From the NCBI GenBank assembly GCA_021498095.1, contig JAIZWK010000001.1, positions 2,829,450 through 2,853,449 on the forward strand: 24,000 bases of DNA. Direction: 5' to 3'. Under the pieces are notes generated by a model. It saw only the letters and a list, made by a program, of their open reading frames with translations. It ran no database searches and had not been told where the DNA came from. This document shows positions 9,045 through 16,857 of the stretch, one piece after another. Numbering within the stretch: position 1 is the stretch's first letter; the number at the start of each line of letters is the position of its first letter. Made by a program: the position numbers and the translations under genes. The stretch comes from Candidatus Harpocratesius repetitus (lineage in GTDB: Archaea; Asgardarchaeota; Lokiarchaeia; Sigyniarchaeales; Promethearchaeaceae).

Positions 9045-10010
9045 TTATTGATTTTCAATTAAATTTAGTTCTTCCAAAATTTTCTTTGGTTTAATACCAT
9101 GAAATTTTAAACTAATTTCCTTATCACTAAATCCTAACGCGAGAGCAACTAATTCTGTCAAATACAATACTGGAATTTTAAAGTCAGTTCCATATATTTT
9201 ATTTACTGCCTTTTGTTGATAATCAAATTGTAAGAAACAAGAAGGACAAACAACTGTAATTACATGGACTCCTGCCTTTTTCATTTCTAATAGCTTTTGA
9301 TAAAGCAATTCATAACTGAGATCTTTATCAGTTTTTAATAAAGGATTTCCACAACATTGCAGTTTTCTATCATAATCTACACTTTCTGCACCTAAAGTAT
9401 TAATTATTTCATCAACTGTGGTTGGTTCAAAAGGATCATCCCATTGAATAACATCAGATGGACTTAAGAAATGACAGCCATAATGCACTGCAACTTTTAA
9501 CCCTTTTAATGGATGTGTAATTTTAGATTTGATTAATTCAAGATTTTCATATAAAACTTGAGCAGCATGCTTTACATCTACTCTTCCTTCTAATTTTCTA
9601 TCGATCTTAGCCAAATTTGAGTTTACTTCTTCTTTTTTCTCAGGTTCTTTAGCAAGAATATGATCGACCATTTTTAATGTCTCAACACACCCTGAACATA
9701 GACTTATAATATCATTTTTTTTGTTATCTACTAAAGTCAAATTTCTGGCTCCTAATGTTAACCAAGTGGTCTGATCAACAGCAGATATACCAGTAGGATC
9801 TGGACAGCATGATGCATTTTCGATATTTGTCATAGGTATTTTTAGTTTTTGAAATACTTTTTTTGCAGAACCCTCAATAAATGGAAGACGAGCAGGAATT
9901 ACACAACCTAAAAATAACTTGTGTTCGTTCACATTTGAATCGTTTTCACTAATATTTGAATTTATTTGCATATCAACTTCTTTTTCAATTTTCTCACTTG
10001 ATTTTAACAT
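9045..10010 (-). CDS. hdrB: Heterodisulfide reductase subunit B (two CCG domains)
   Basis: Two Cys-rich CCG-type motifs: C...SCCPDP...CSGC and C...QCCGNP...CPSC. The ATG overlaps the hdrC stop (TAATG at 10008-10012). Confidence 0.9.
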   Translation of the reverse strand: MLKSSEKIEKEVDMQINSNISENDSNVNEHKLFLGCVIPARLPFIEGSAKKVFQKLKIPMTNIENASCCPDPTGISAVDQTTWLTLGARNLTLVDNKKNDIISLCSGCVETLKMVDHILAKEPEKKEEVNSNLAKIDRKLEGRVDVKHAAQVLYENLELIKSKITHPLKGLKVAVHYGCHFLSPSDVIQWDDPFEPTTVDEIINTLGAESVDYDRKLQCCGNPLLKTDKDLSYELLYQKLLEMKKAGVHVITVVCPSCFLQFDYQQKAVNKIYGTDFKIPVLYLTELVALALGFSDKEISLKFHGIKPKKILEELNLIENQ

Positions 10011-10549
10011 TATTTATCACCCTTCTCATTCTCTTCTGGCTTGTTTGAACTTTTATCTTCAAATCTTATTAATTTTTTAAATCCAATATTGGTTAAAAGA
10101 GTCTGAATTTCGCTTATATCTGCAGTTTTATATTCTTCAAGTCCTAATTTCTTTCTACGTTTTAGAATTGCATCAGAAAAAGGCAAAGCAACCCCAGTTT
10201 GGAAAATAGTTTTTGCTTGAGAATTATATGCTTCAGGTATTTTTCCCTCTTTAACAATGGTGTTTTTGATTACATCAAATATTTCAACTAATTCTACTTT
10301 CTGAGGACAACTTTCTACGCATTTTTGACATGTTAAACAATACCAAACATTAGGTTGTTGCATATCAATTAGCTGTTCTCTTAATCCTAATAAGGCTGCT
10401 TCAATTATTTTTCGAGGATTAAATTTGCCATCAGTAATTCGAGCTACGGGGCAAACGCCACTGCAAGTTGCACATTGATAACAATAATTTAATGAAACAT
10501 TAAATCTGAGTAATTTATGTCTAAGATTATAATCTATGGCCAGTGTCAT
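10010..10549 (-). CDS. hdrC: Heterodisulfide reductase subunit C (2x[4Fe-4S])
   Basis: CYQCATCSGVCP and CLTCQKCVESCP. It is the first gene of the cluster. AAGGA lies 7 nt upstream of ATG 10549. Confidence 0.88.
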   Translation of the reverse strand: MTLAIDYNLRHKLLRFNVSLNYCYQCATCSGVCPVARITDGKFNPRKIIEAALLGLREQLIDMQQPNVWYCLTCQKCVESCPQKVELVEIFDVIKNTIVKEGKIPEAYNSQAKTIFQTGVALPFSDAILKRRKKLGLEEYKTADISEIQTLLTNIGFKKLIRFEDKSSNKPEENEKGDK

Positions 10550-10571
10550 GAGTATTCCTTCTTAATGTTGG

Positions 10572-10644
10572 TAAATGATCACAAAAATTCTAAATATATA
10601 GTAAATGGATCATAATTAATCCAAATATTAATTAAATGGATCAT
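10572..10644. promoter_or_regulatory. Three phased copies of TAAATG(G)ATCA flanking a TATA-like box in the hdrC / gelsolin divergent intergenic region
   Basis: TAAATGATCA at 10572-10581 and TAAATGGATCAT at 10602-10613 and 10633-10644, with 30-31 bp spacing. TATATATTT (minus-strand reading of 10591-10601) lies about 45 nt upstream of the hdrC ATG. Confidence 0.35.
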
Positions 10645-10786
10645 TTTTTTCCTAAAGATATTTTAAATTCGTTATTGGTAATTTTAAATCTTTTTAAAAT
10701 GCGTTCGCTGAGAATAATGAAATGATTTTTTAATCATTAAAGGAACTAACAAAATTTATTAAGAAAGAAAAATAAAATGAAGAAGA

Positions 10787-11575
10787 ATGACTGTGGAAGA
10801 CCCAAATTCAGATGATATCAAAAACAAAATTCGAATTTTCCAGTTAAATGATGAGAAAGCGGAATTTGAAGAACTTGAATTAGATGCAGATGTGGAAATA
10901 TCTCAATTATTAAAATCTGAAGTAGTTCTTTATTTCATTCAACCTAAAACTTTTAGGTCTTATATATGGGCAGGTTCACAGGCAAGCACAAGAATGAAAT
11001 TTATCGCAGCAAATGCAGCTACAAGAATTAGAGATAAAATTGGACCTGCAATAAAAATTTCGACAATTGAAGAAGATGATGAACCTAAAGCGTTTAAAAT
11101 CCTAATTGGAATAGAAGAAGCAATAGATTATGAAGAAGAACAAACTGGGCCAGCATATGAAGGTCGAATAGAAGATGAAGTACTGCTGGAAGAAATGTCT
11201 CTTGAAAAAATATTGCTAACTCTAGAAAAATTAGAGGTACCAGAAAACTCTATACGTGAAATGGTTATTGTCGGAGATGAAATATATGGTTATCATGAAA
11301 CTTACAAAAAATATTTTGGAGAGTTAATTAAAGAACGAAAACTATACCCTTTGGAAGAATCTATACCAGATGGAATGTATAGACAAGAAGATTTATATCC
11401 TCGAATTCTCATGAGCCACAACCGAGTAGTTTTAATTGAACTATTTAGGAATATGACACCAAAAGAAATCGAAGAAGTCAAAATGGAAGAAAAAAAATTT
11501 TTCGAAATTAAGCAAGCAGAAAAACCTTTTGCAGAATCAGAATCCACAAATCCTGAAAGAATAAATTCTCAGTAA
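10787..11575 (+). CDS. Gelsolin-domain protein with an uncharacterised C-terminal domain
   Basis: Residues about 15-110 are IRIFQLND...SQLLKSEVVLYFIQPKTFRSYIWAGSQASTRMKFIAANAATRIRDKIGPAIKISTIEEDDEPKAFKILIG. These match the gelsolin-repeat pattern (L..sD.yi.....iy.W.G..as..e...aa..a......v.EG.Ep..F...F). About 150 aa with no recognisable motif follow. Confidence 0.7.
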   Translation: MTVEDPNSDDIKNKIRIFQLNDEKAEFEELELDADVEISQLLKSEVVLYFIQPKTFRSYIWAGSQASTRMKFIAANAATRIRDKIGPAIKISTIEEDDEPKAFKILIGIEEAIDYEEEQTGPAYEGRIEDEVLLEEMSLEKILLTLEKLEVPENSIREMVIVGDEIYGYHETYKKYFGELIKERKLYPLEESIPDGMYRQEDLYPRILMSHNRVVLIELFRNMTPKEIEEVKMEEKKFFEIKQAEKPFAESESTNPERINSQ

Positions 11576-11598
11576 AGAAATAAAATGCATTGCATCAT

Positions 11599-11657
11599 AA
11601 AATATACTCTAAAATATACCGAAAAATATTACTAATATTATACCTAAAAATATAAAT
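11599..11657. repeat. Degenerate 11-12 bp periodic TATA-like array (AAAATATACnnn, about 5 units)
   Basis: The units are aaaatatactct, aaaatataccg, aaaaatattact, aatattatacct and aaaaatataaat, read directly. The last unit (TATAAATA, 11651-11658) lies about 20-25 nt upstream of the small ORF at 11679. Confidence 0.35.
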
Positions 11658-11678
11658 AATTACCAAATTTGGAGATAT

Positions 11679-11825
11679 ATGAATATGAGCCCAGCACCTA
11701 CTCGACGACCACGAAACAGAAATAGAAATCAAAAAATTATCGCAAAAAGACAGTGGATTGCTTACAGTATTATTTTAGTTGTATTAATCTCTGTGATCAT
11801 AGCTATAGCATTAGCTGGTCGATAG
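11679..11825 (+). CDS. Small (48 aa) Arg-rich, C-terminally anchored membrane protein, hypothetical
   Basis: Not in the track (below its size cutoff). Sequence: MNMSPAPTRRPRNRNRNQKIIAKRQWIAYSIILVVLISVIIAIALAGR*. GGAG lies 4 nt upstream of the ATG and a TATA-like box lies upstream. It has a single hydrophobic helix at the extreme C-terminus. Confidence 0.5.
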   Translation: MNMSPAPTRRPRNRNRNQKIIAKRQWIAYSIILVVLISVIIAIALAGR

Positions 11826-11882
11826 AATTGAATTTCGATTATTTACTATTTTTTATCAATTTTATGAAAAATTAAATTGTCA

Positions 11883-12758
11883 TTATTGTGAATTTTTTAA
11901 TATTTTAACCATAATTGAATATAATCCTGGACAACCTGCAATAAGATCATATTTTGAATTTAAGGTAAATATTTCATCTGATATTGATTCACCCTTTGAA
12001 TTCATGATAAATCCGCCTGCTTCTGAAAGTATTAAAATTCCTGCTGCAATGTCAACAATCCGAAGAACTCCCCGCACATCAAAATATAAATCCATAATTC
12101 CCGCAGAAATAAAACCAAGTTCTAAAGCACATGAACCTAAAATTCGTCGTTTTGAAACAGATCGAAAAAGATTCTCATTTTGAACAATTAAGTCTTTACA
12201 CATTTCAGAAGAATCTAAATCAGTTCCTAATACAGCTTGATGGATATCAGTAATAGGAGAACTATAAAGCTTTTTGCCATTAAGATACGCACCTTTTCCC
12301 TTTTCTGCTACATATTCATCTCCTGTTTGAAGACTGATCAATACGCCAATTTTTATTGCTGAAATACGCGGTTGAGTCGCTATTGCAATTGATACACATG
12401 AAAAAGGAATTCCACGCATGGCATTACTTGAACCGTCAACTGGATCTAAAATAATATATAATGGTGGATAATCATCCAAATTAATCTTATCTAAAGAAGA
12501 AATACTATGTCGCTTATTACCATCCCAGAAATATGTACCTATCTCCTCAGAAATCATTACAAATGGCTTTTTCAATGATTCTAACGAAGAAACAATTATA
12601 TTTTCAGCAACTTGATCGATATGTGCTGTTATATCACCTCCAGCACCCATTGAAAGTTTACGTCGAGCTAATTCAGTTCCATAAATATCAATTAATGCAT
12701 TGAATGCTTTTTTTCCAGCGTCAATTAAATGGTTTGTCCAAGTAGAATAATTCACCAA
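11883..12758 (-). CDS. Inositol monophosphatase / fructose-1,6-bisphosphatase family protein
   Basis: Motifs MISEEIG, LDPVDGSSNAMRGIPF and VDIAAGILILSEAGG are the IMPase family metal-binding motifs. AGGAGGGG lies 6 nt upstream of TTG 12758 (GTG 12755 is an alternative). Confidence 0.88.
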   Translation of the reverse strand: MVNYSTWTNHLIDAGKKAFNALIDIYGTELARRKLSMGAGGDITAHIDQVAENIIVSSLESLKKPFVMISEEIGTYFWDGNKRHSISSLDKINLDDYPPLYIILDPVDGSSNAMRGIPFSCVSIAIATQPRISAIKIGVLISLQTGDEYVAEKGKGAYLNGKKLYSSPITDIHQAVLGTDLDSSEMCKDLIVQNENLFRSVSKRRILGSCALELGFISAGIMDLYFDVRGVLRIVDIAAGILILSEAGGFIMNSKGESISDEIFTLNSKYDLIAGCPGLYSIMVKILKNSQ

Positions 12759-12816
12759 ATAATACCCCTCCTAAAAAAAATAGATAATATTAAATTTTTA
12801 ATTAATATTAATGAAT

Positions 12817-12951
12817 GATTAGCTTTGTTCATTACTGGCGATCAGCTTTGTTCATTACTGGCGATCAGCTTTGTTCATTACTGGCGATCAGCTTTGTTCA
12901 TTACTGGCGATCAGCTTTGTTCATTACTGGCGATCAGCTTTGTTCATTACT
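12817..12951. repeat. Perfect 23-bp head-to-tail tandem repeat (AGCTTTGTTCATTACTGGCGATC), 5 full copies plus a 16-nt partial copy
   Basis: Read directly. Full units start at 12821, 12844, 12867, 12890 and 12913. A truncated unit starts at 12936, and a GATT variant of the unit end lies at 12817-12820. There are no spacers. It lies between the IMPase start (12758) and the cdc48 stop (12994). Confidence 0.95.
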
Positions 12952-12977
12952 AATGTTCTGCTTTAATTTTGATCATT

Positions 12978-12986
12978 AAAAAAAAA
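12978..12986 (-). terminator. Oligo-T tract (T9 on the minus strand) just downstream of the cdc48 stop
   Basis: The A9 run on the plus strand equals T9 on the coding strand, 8-16 nt after the TAA at 12994-12996. Archaeal termination typically uses oligo-T tracts. Confidence 0.35.
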
Positions 12987-12993
12987 TATAAAA

Positions 12994-15321
12994 TTATGAA
13001 AATAATCCAGGTTCTTTGAACGGTGCAGCGGCGCGAATTCGCTGTCGTGAGAGAGTCTCGGAGATTTCATTATATTTTTGAATTAAATCGGGTGTTAATG
13101 AAGCTGCAATTTTAGATAGTGCAAATTCAAGATGAGAATACTCAATTGTCTCAAAATCCTCCAATTTTTCCCGAATTGCTTGCATACCCGCTTCTCTGAT
13201 AACATTCTCTAAATCAGCACCACTATATAACTCAGTTCGTTCAGCGATAGAATGTAGATTAGCTTTTGCTTCTTCTGAAAGTGGCATATTCTTGGTATGA
13301 ACATCTAAAATCTTTATTCGAGATTTTAGATCAGGAGCTGGAACATAAATTAAACGATCAAAGCGCCCCGGTCTAAGTAATGCAGGATCCAAAATATCTG
13401 GACGATTTGTGCTGGCAACAACAATAACACCCTTACGATCTTCAATTCCATCCATTTCAACTAATATTTGGTTTACTACCTGCATTCCAACATTTGATCC
13501 TGATGAACCCATCCCGCCTCCTCTATTGGCAGCAATTGCATCAATCTCATCAAAGTATATAATCGAAGGAGCAGAAAGTCGAGCTTTTCTAAAGATTTCT
13601 CGAATAGCTTTTTCACTTTCCCCAACCCACTTTGAGAAAATCTCAGGACCTTTTACAGTTAGAAAATTCAATTCAGATTCGGTTGCAACAGCTTTTGCCA
13701 ACATTGTTTTACCGCATCCTGGAGGTCCGAACAATAACACACCATTGACTGCCCTAATGCCTGCTTTTTTATATAGATGGGGATACTTTAGAGGCCATTC
13801 AATACTTTCTTTTAATTCTTGTTTTACACTATCAAGACCACCGACTTCTTCCCATTTAATATCTGGAACTTCAATCATTACTTCACGCATGGCACTTGGT
13901 TCAACCATTGTAAGTGCACTTTGGAAATCGTCATCAGTTATTCGTAAGCTTTCCAAGATTTCTGGTGGAATTGGTTTATCTAAATCTATATTTGGTAAAA
14001 TTTTCCGCAAGGATGAAATGGCAGCCTCTCTCGCAACTGCCATAATATCAGCACCAACAAATCCATGAGTTTGTCGCGCATATTCATTAAGATCAACATC
14101 CTCGTGTAAAGGCATACCTCGTGTGTGAATCAAGAAAATTTCCTTTCTCCCTTCTTGATCTGGAACCTTTAATTCGATTTCTCGATCAAACCTTCCAGGT
14201 CGCCGAAGAGCTTCATCAATAGAATTGACTCGATTTGTGGCTCCAATTACAATGATTCGACCACGACCCTTCAAACCATCCATTAAGCTTAATAGTTGCG
14301 CAACAACACGACGTTCTACTTCACCAGAAACGTTTTCCCGTTTCGGTGCAATAGAATCAATTTCATCAATGAAAATAATTGTGGGAGCCTTATCTTCAGC
14401 TTCTTTGAATATTTTGCGAAGTCGCTCTTCAGATGCTCCATAAAATTTACTCATAATTTCTGGACCATTGATTGTGATAAAAGTAGCATTAGCTTCTTGC
14501 GACACTGCACGCGCCATTAACGTTTTTCCAGTTCCTGGCGGACCATGTAATAGAACACCTTTTGGTGGATCTATATTAACTCTATGAAATAACTCTGGAT
14601 GTTTTAAAGGTAATTCAACCATTTCACGCACACGCTGAATTTCATCACCAAGACCACCAATATCATCGTACGTTGTAATTTCTCCCATAGAATTCGTAGC
14701 AACAAAACCTTCTTTGATTTCTATTTTAGTGGAATTCTGAACTTGAACTATACCTTTTGGATTAGTTTCCACAACTGCAAATTTGACTTCACCAATGGAG
14801 ACGGTTGGAGTTTTAAGAAAAGGCATCATTTCACGCAATTCTTTATAGGGTCCTTCCCCCGATTCTTTTTTAGCTAAATTCGAACCTGAAATATTAATTA
14901 TATCTCCAATCTTTAAAGGTTTGTTAAGTAAATTCAGTTTTATTTGGTGTGTTGTAGAAGATAATTTTAAATCTGATTGAATAAGACTTAATACTACTTT
15001 ATTTGCTATTTTATAATAACACTTACGAACTTTCACATATTCCCCTATTCCTACACCTGCATTTCTCCGAGTTAATCCATCAATACGAATAATTTCCTTC
15101 TGGCTTTCAGAAGAAGGAAAAAGAATGGCAGCTGTAGTTTTTTTTCCTATTATTTCAATTATTTCGCCAGGAGTCAGCCCCAATTCACGAATTACACTAG
15201 TATCCATTCTGCACATAAATCGACCGGCTGAACTTTTAGCTATTTCTTCAACCCGAAGTGTTTTCATCGGTCGATCATCTTCTGTTGATGCCATGTCACT
15301 CATTGCCATATGTATCAACAT
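12994..15321 (-). CDS. cdc48: Cdc48/VCP/p97-type AAA+ ATPase (N-domain + D1 + D2)
   Basis: N-domain [19 protein letters not shown]...[18 protein letters not shown]. Two Walker A motifs ([16 protein letters not shown]) and two Walker B motifs ([18 protein letters not shown]). Second-region-of-homology Arg (RPGRFDR, twice). Five in-frame ATGs lie in the first 19 codons, so the exact start is uncertain. Confidence 0.95.
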   Translation of the reverse strand: MLIHMAMSDMASTEDDRPMKTLRVEEIAKSSAGRFMCRMDTSVIRELGLTPGEIIEIIGKKTTAAILFPSSESQKEIIRIDGLTRRNAGVGIGEYVKVRKCYYKIANKVVLSLIQSDLKLSSTTHQIKLNLLNKPLKIGDIINISGSNLAKKESGEGPYKELREMMPFLKTPTVSIGEVKFAVVETNPKGIVQVQNSTKIEIKEGFVATNSMGEITTYDDIGGLGDEIQRVREMVELPLKHPELFHRVNIDPPKGVLLHGPPGTGKTLMARAVSQEANATFITINGPEIMSKFYGASEERLRKIFKEAEDKAPTIIFIDEIDSIAPKRENVSGEVERRVVAQLLSLMDGLKGRGRIIVIGATNRVNSIDEALRRPGRFDREIELKVPDQEGRKEIFLIHTRGMPLHEDVDLNEYARQTHGFVGADIMAVAREAAISSLRKILPNIDLDKPIPPEILESLRITDDDFQSALTMVEPSAMREVMIEVPDIKWEEVGGLDSVKQELKESIEWPLKYPHLYKKAGIRAVNGVLLFGPPGCGKTMLAKAVATESELNFLTVKGPEIFSKWVGESEKAIREIFRKARLSAPSIIYFDEIDAIAANRGGGMGSSGSNVGMQVVNQILVEMDGIEDRKGVIVVASTNRPDILDPALLRPGRFDRLIYVPAPDLKSRIKILDVHTKNMPLSEEAKANLHSIAERTELYSGADLENVIREAGMQAIREKLEDFETIEYSHLEFALSKIAASLTPDLIQKYNEISETLSRQRIRAAAPFKEPGLFS

Positions 15322-15397
15322 AATAAAGAAATGAAAGGGTTAAAATTTTGGGGATCTTGATTATAATGAATTGAGGGCTATTTTTAATAACGAAGGA

Positions 15398-16789
15398 TCA
15401 ATTCACTGACACCTCGGTTTGATTTTTTTTCCCCCAATTTTCGTTTAATTGAAATAGTCGTTTAATTCCTGAATTATTCCATTCATTAAAGAGAATTTTT
15501 GGACTAAATTTGTGCGAGACAAATGCAATTTCTAAGATTTCTGGGTTATTTTTGGCGATAATAAATGCCCGAAGTCGCTGTTCTAAACCCTCAGCTGTTT
15601 TAGGGCCAGTTAAATGAACACGAGACTCAATCACACTATTTATATTCTCCGCTAGATTATCTGATATAGACTTATGCCAATATAAGTCTTGTGTTTCCCT
15701 AAAAGCAGCTGCAACTGCAGGAAGCACATTTTTTGCCAATATTAGAGTTTTACGAGAAGGGTCAATTTTGGCATATCCCCGTTTTCCTCTGTCAAAAACT
15801 GTAAAGAGGCCTTTCCGTCCTCGCTTCATTTTTGGTTTTAGATTTTTTCTTTGTTTTCTTTGCCCATTCTTCACTCCTTTTGGTCTTCCCCGCTTTTTTG
15901 GTACTGGTAGACTTAAATTATCTTCATTCACTAAGTAAAAATACTCTCTCTTGCCCCGTTTTTTAAAAAAATTGGTTTTGAGACCTATTTTAGTGATTAT
16001 CCGCTTCGTTTTTTCATAATCAATATGCCAAATACCAGCCTTATCATAGGGTTTTTTATGCTTATGAATTACTAAGGTAATTTTACGCATTAAATTCTTG
16101 CTCATTGTTTGTGTAGCACCCCATGCATCGGCAGTAACTACATTTATCGGCAATTTTGTATTTCGATTCGCTTCCTCAAAGACTTCACGGATGTCTTTTT
16201 CGTTCCTCGTTTTTGAAACCTTTATTCCAAGAATTTTATGACTGGTATAGCCCGTGGACATGATAATATAAAACGGTACACTGTTAATTCGAATGAAAGG
16301 TTCATCTTCTGCAACCGCAGTATCATTCGTTAATTCCACAACCAGATTTTTTAATCCCTGCAGATTTGAAATTGTTTTCTCTATCTTAGAACGTAAATAG
16401 CAGATAAGAGTATCAGAAACTCCATATTTTTCGGCTATAGCACTCTGGCTGATTTTTCCTTTCATGATTTCTTTTGTCATCTTGCCAAGCATGCCGTCAA
16501 GCACTTCTCTGACACCTCCAGATGTAGTCAAGGCAAATTGTCGGGCAGTATTGTGAGTTTTATTGAATAAGCATGCAGGATTTTTACACTGATAATATTG
16601 AACCCTTCTTCCTTTCCGTTTATGAGTGCCATATACTCCGACGACAGCAGAGCGACATTCTGGGCACAAAACAAGTATTATTTCTAGAATTTCTTCCCTT
16701 CCATCTTCGAAATTAATGCATAATGGCTCGAATAATGGAGGGTATTCCTTTTTAGGGCGTCCTACCATAGGATAACACATGATCGACAC
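15398..16789 (-). CDS. DDE-type transposase with N-terminal zinc ribbon and AT-hook motifs (IS1/ISMhu11-like or IS6-like; family not resolved)
   Basis: Zinc ribbon CPECRS...CKNPAC. HTH-like ISQSAIAEKYGVSDTLICYL. Catalytic-core-like AEDEPFIRINSVPFYIIMST...VVTADAWGA...LAENINSVIESRV. AT-hooks GRPKK and KKRGRPKG. GTG 16789 is the track start (ATG 16780 or 16768 are possible). Confidence 0.7.
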   Translation of the reverse strand: MSIMCYPMVGRPKKEYPPLFEPLCINFEDGREEILEIILVLCPECRSAVVGVYGTHKRKGRRVQYYQCKNPACLFNKTHNTARQFALTTSGGVREVLDGMLGKMTKEIMKGKISQSAIAEKYGVSDTLICYLRSKIEKTISNLQGLKNLVVELTNDTAVAEDEPFIRINSVPFYIIMSTGYTSHKILGIKVSKTRNEKDIREVFEEANRNTKLPINVVTADAWGATQTMSKNLMRKITLVIHKHKKPYDKAGIWHIDYEKTKRIITKIGLKTNFFKKRGKREYFYLVNEDNLSLPVPKKRGRPKGVKNGQRKQRKNLKPKMKRGRKGLFTVFDRGKRGYAKIDPSRKTLILAKNVLPAVAAAFRETQDLYWHKSISDNLAENINSVIESRVHLTGPKTAEGLEQRLRAFIIAKNNPEILEIAFVSHKFSPKILFNEWNNSGIKRLFQLNENWGKKNQTEVSVN

Positions 16790-16857
16790 GATTTAAACAT
16801 TTCCAAAACATCGGTTTGCGAACTGACTTGAAATAGATGATTAAAAAAATCTACGTT

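Noticed and set aside
11585-11595. ATGCATTGCAT palindrome 10 nt after the gelsolin stop as a terminator hairpin
   Set aside because: A 5-bp stem with a 1-nt loop cannot form a stable RNA hairpin, and no adjacent oligo-T tract is present. It is probably a chance palindrome.
11679-11825. The 48-aa tail-anchored ORF as archaeal Sec61-beta / SecG
   Set aside because: The size and topology fit, but the conserved cytosolic segment I recall for archaeal Sec-beta (an AGL.RY-type motif before the TM) is absent. The N-terminus is just an Arg/Asn-rich tract. It is kept as hypothetical.
12817-12951. The 23-bp repeat array as a CRISPR array or as origin-recognition boxes (ORB) of a replication origin
   Set aside because: The units are directly abutting with no spacers, so it is not a CRISPR. 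ORBs normally occur as dispersed or inverted copies flanking an AT-rich unwinding element next to orc1/cdc6. Here the copies are head-to-tail and identical, the neighbour is cdc48 rather than cdc6, and the resemblance of GTTCATTACTGG to ORB cores is too weak to support a call.
13409-14068. The 219-aa plus-strand ORF, and the other track ORFs antisense to strong genes (1922-2122, 2151-2486, 3659-3904, 7784-7996, 8135-8386, 8805-8993, 11302-11547, 14225-14443, 14296-14520, 15125-15334, 17917-18114, 18569-18769, 19528-19722, 21521-21841, 22673-22882)
   Set aside because: Each lies entirely opposite a gene with clear family motifs (HdrA, Cdc48, PSTK, TatD, thioredoxin, GTPase and others). Their translations are low-complexity Ser/Ile/Phe/Leu-rich with no motifs. 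They are typical shadow ORFs of an AT-rich genome.
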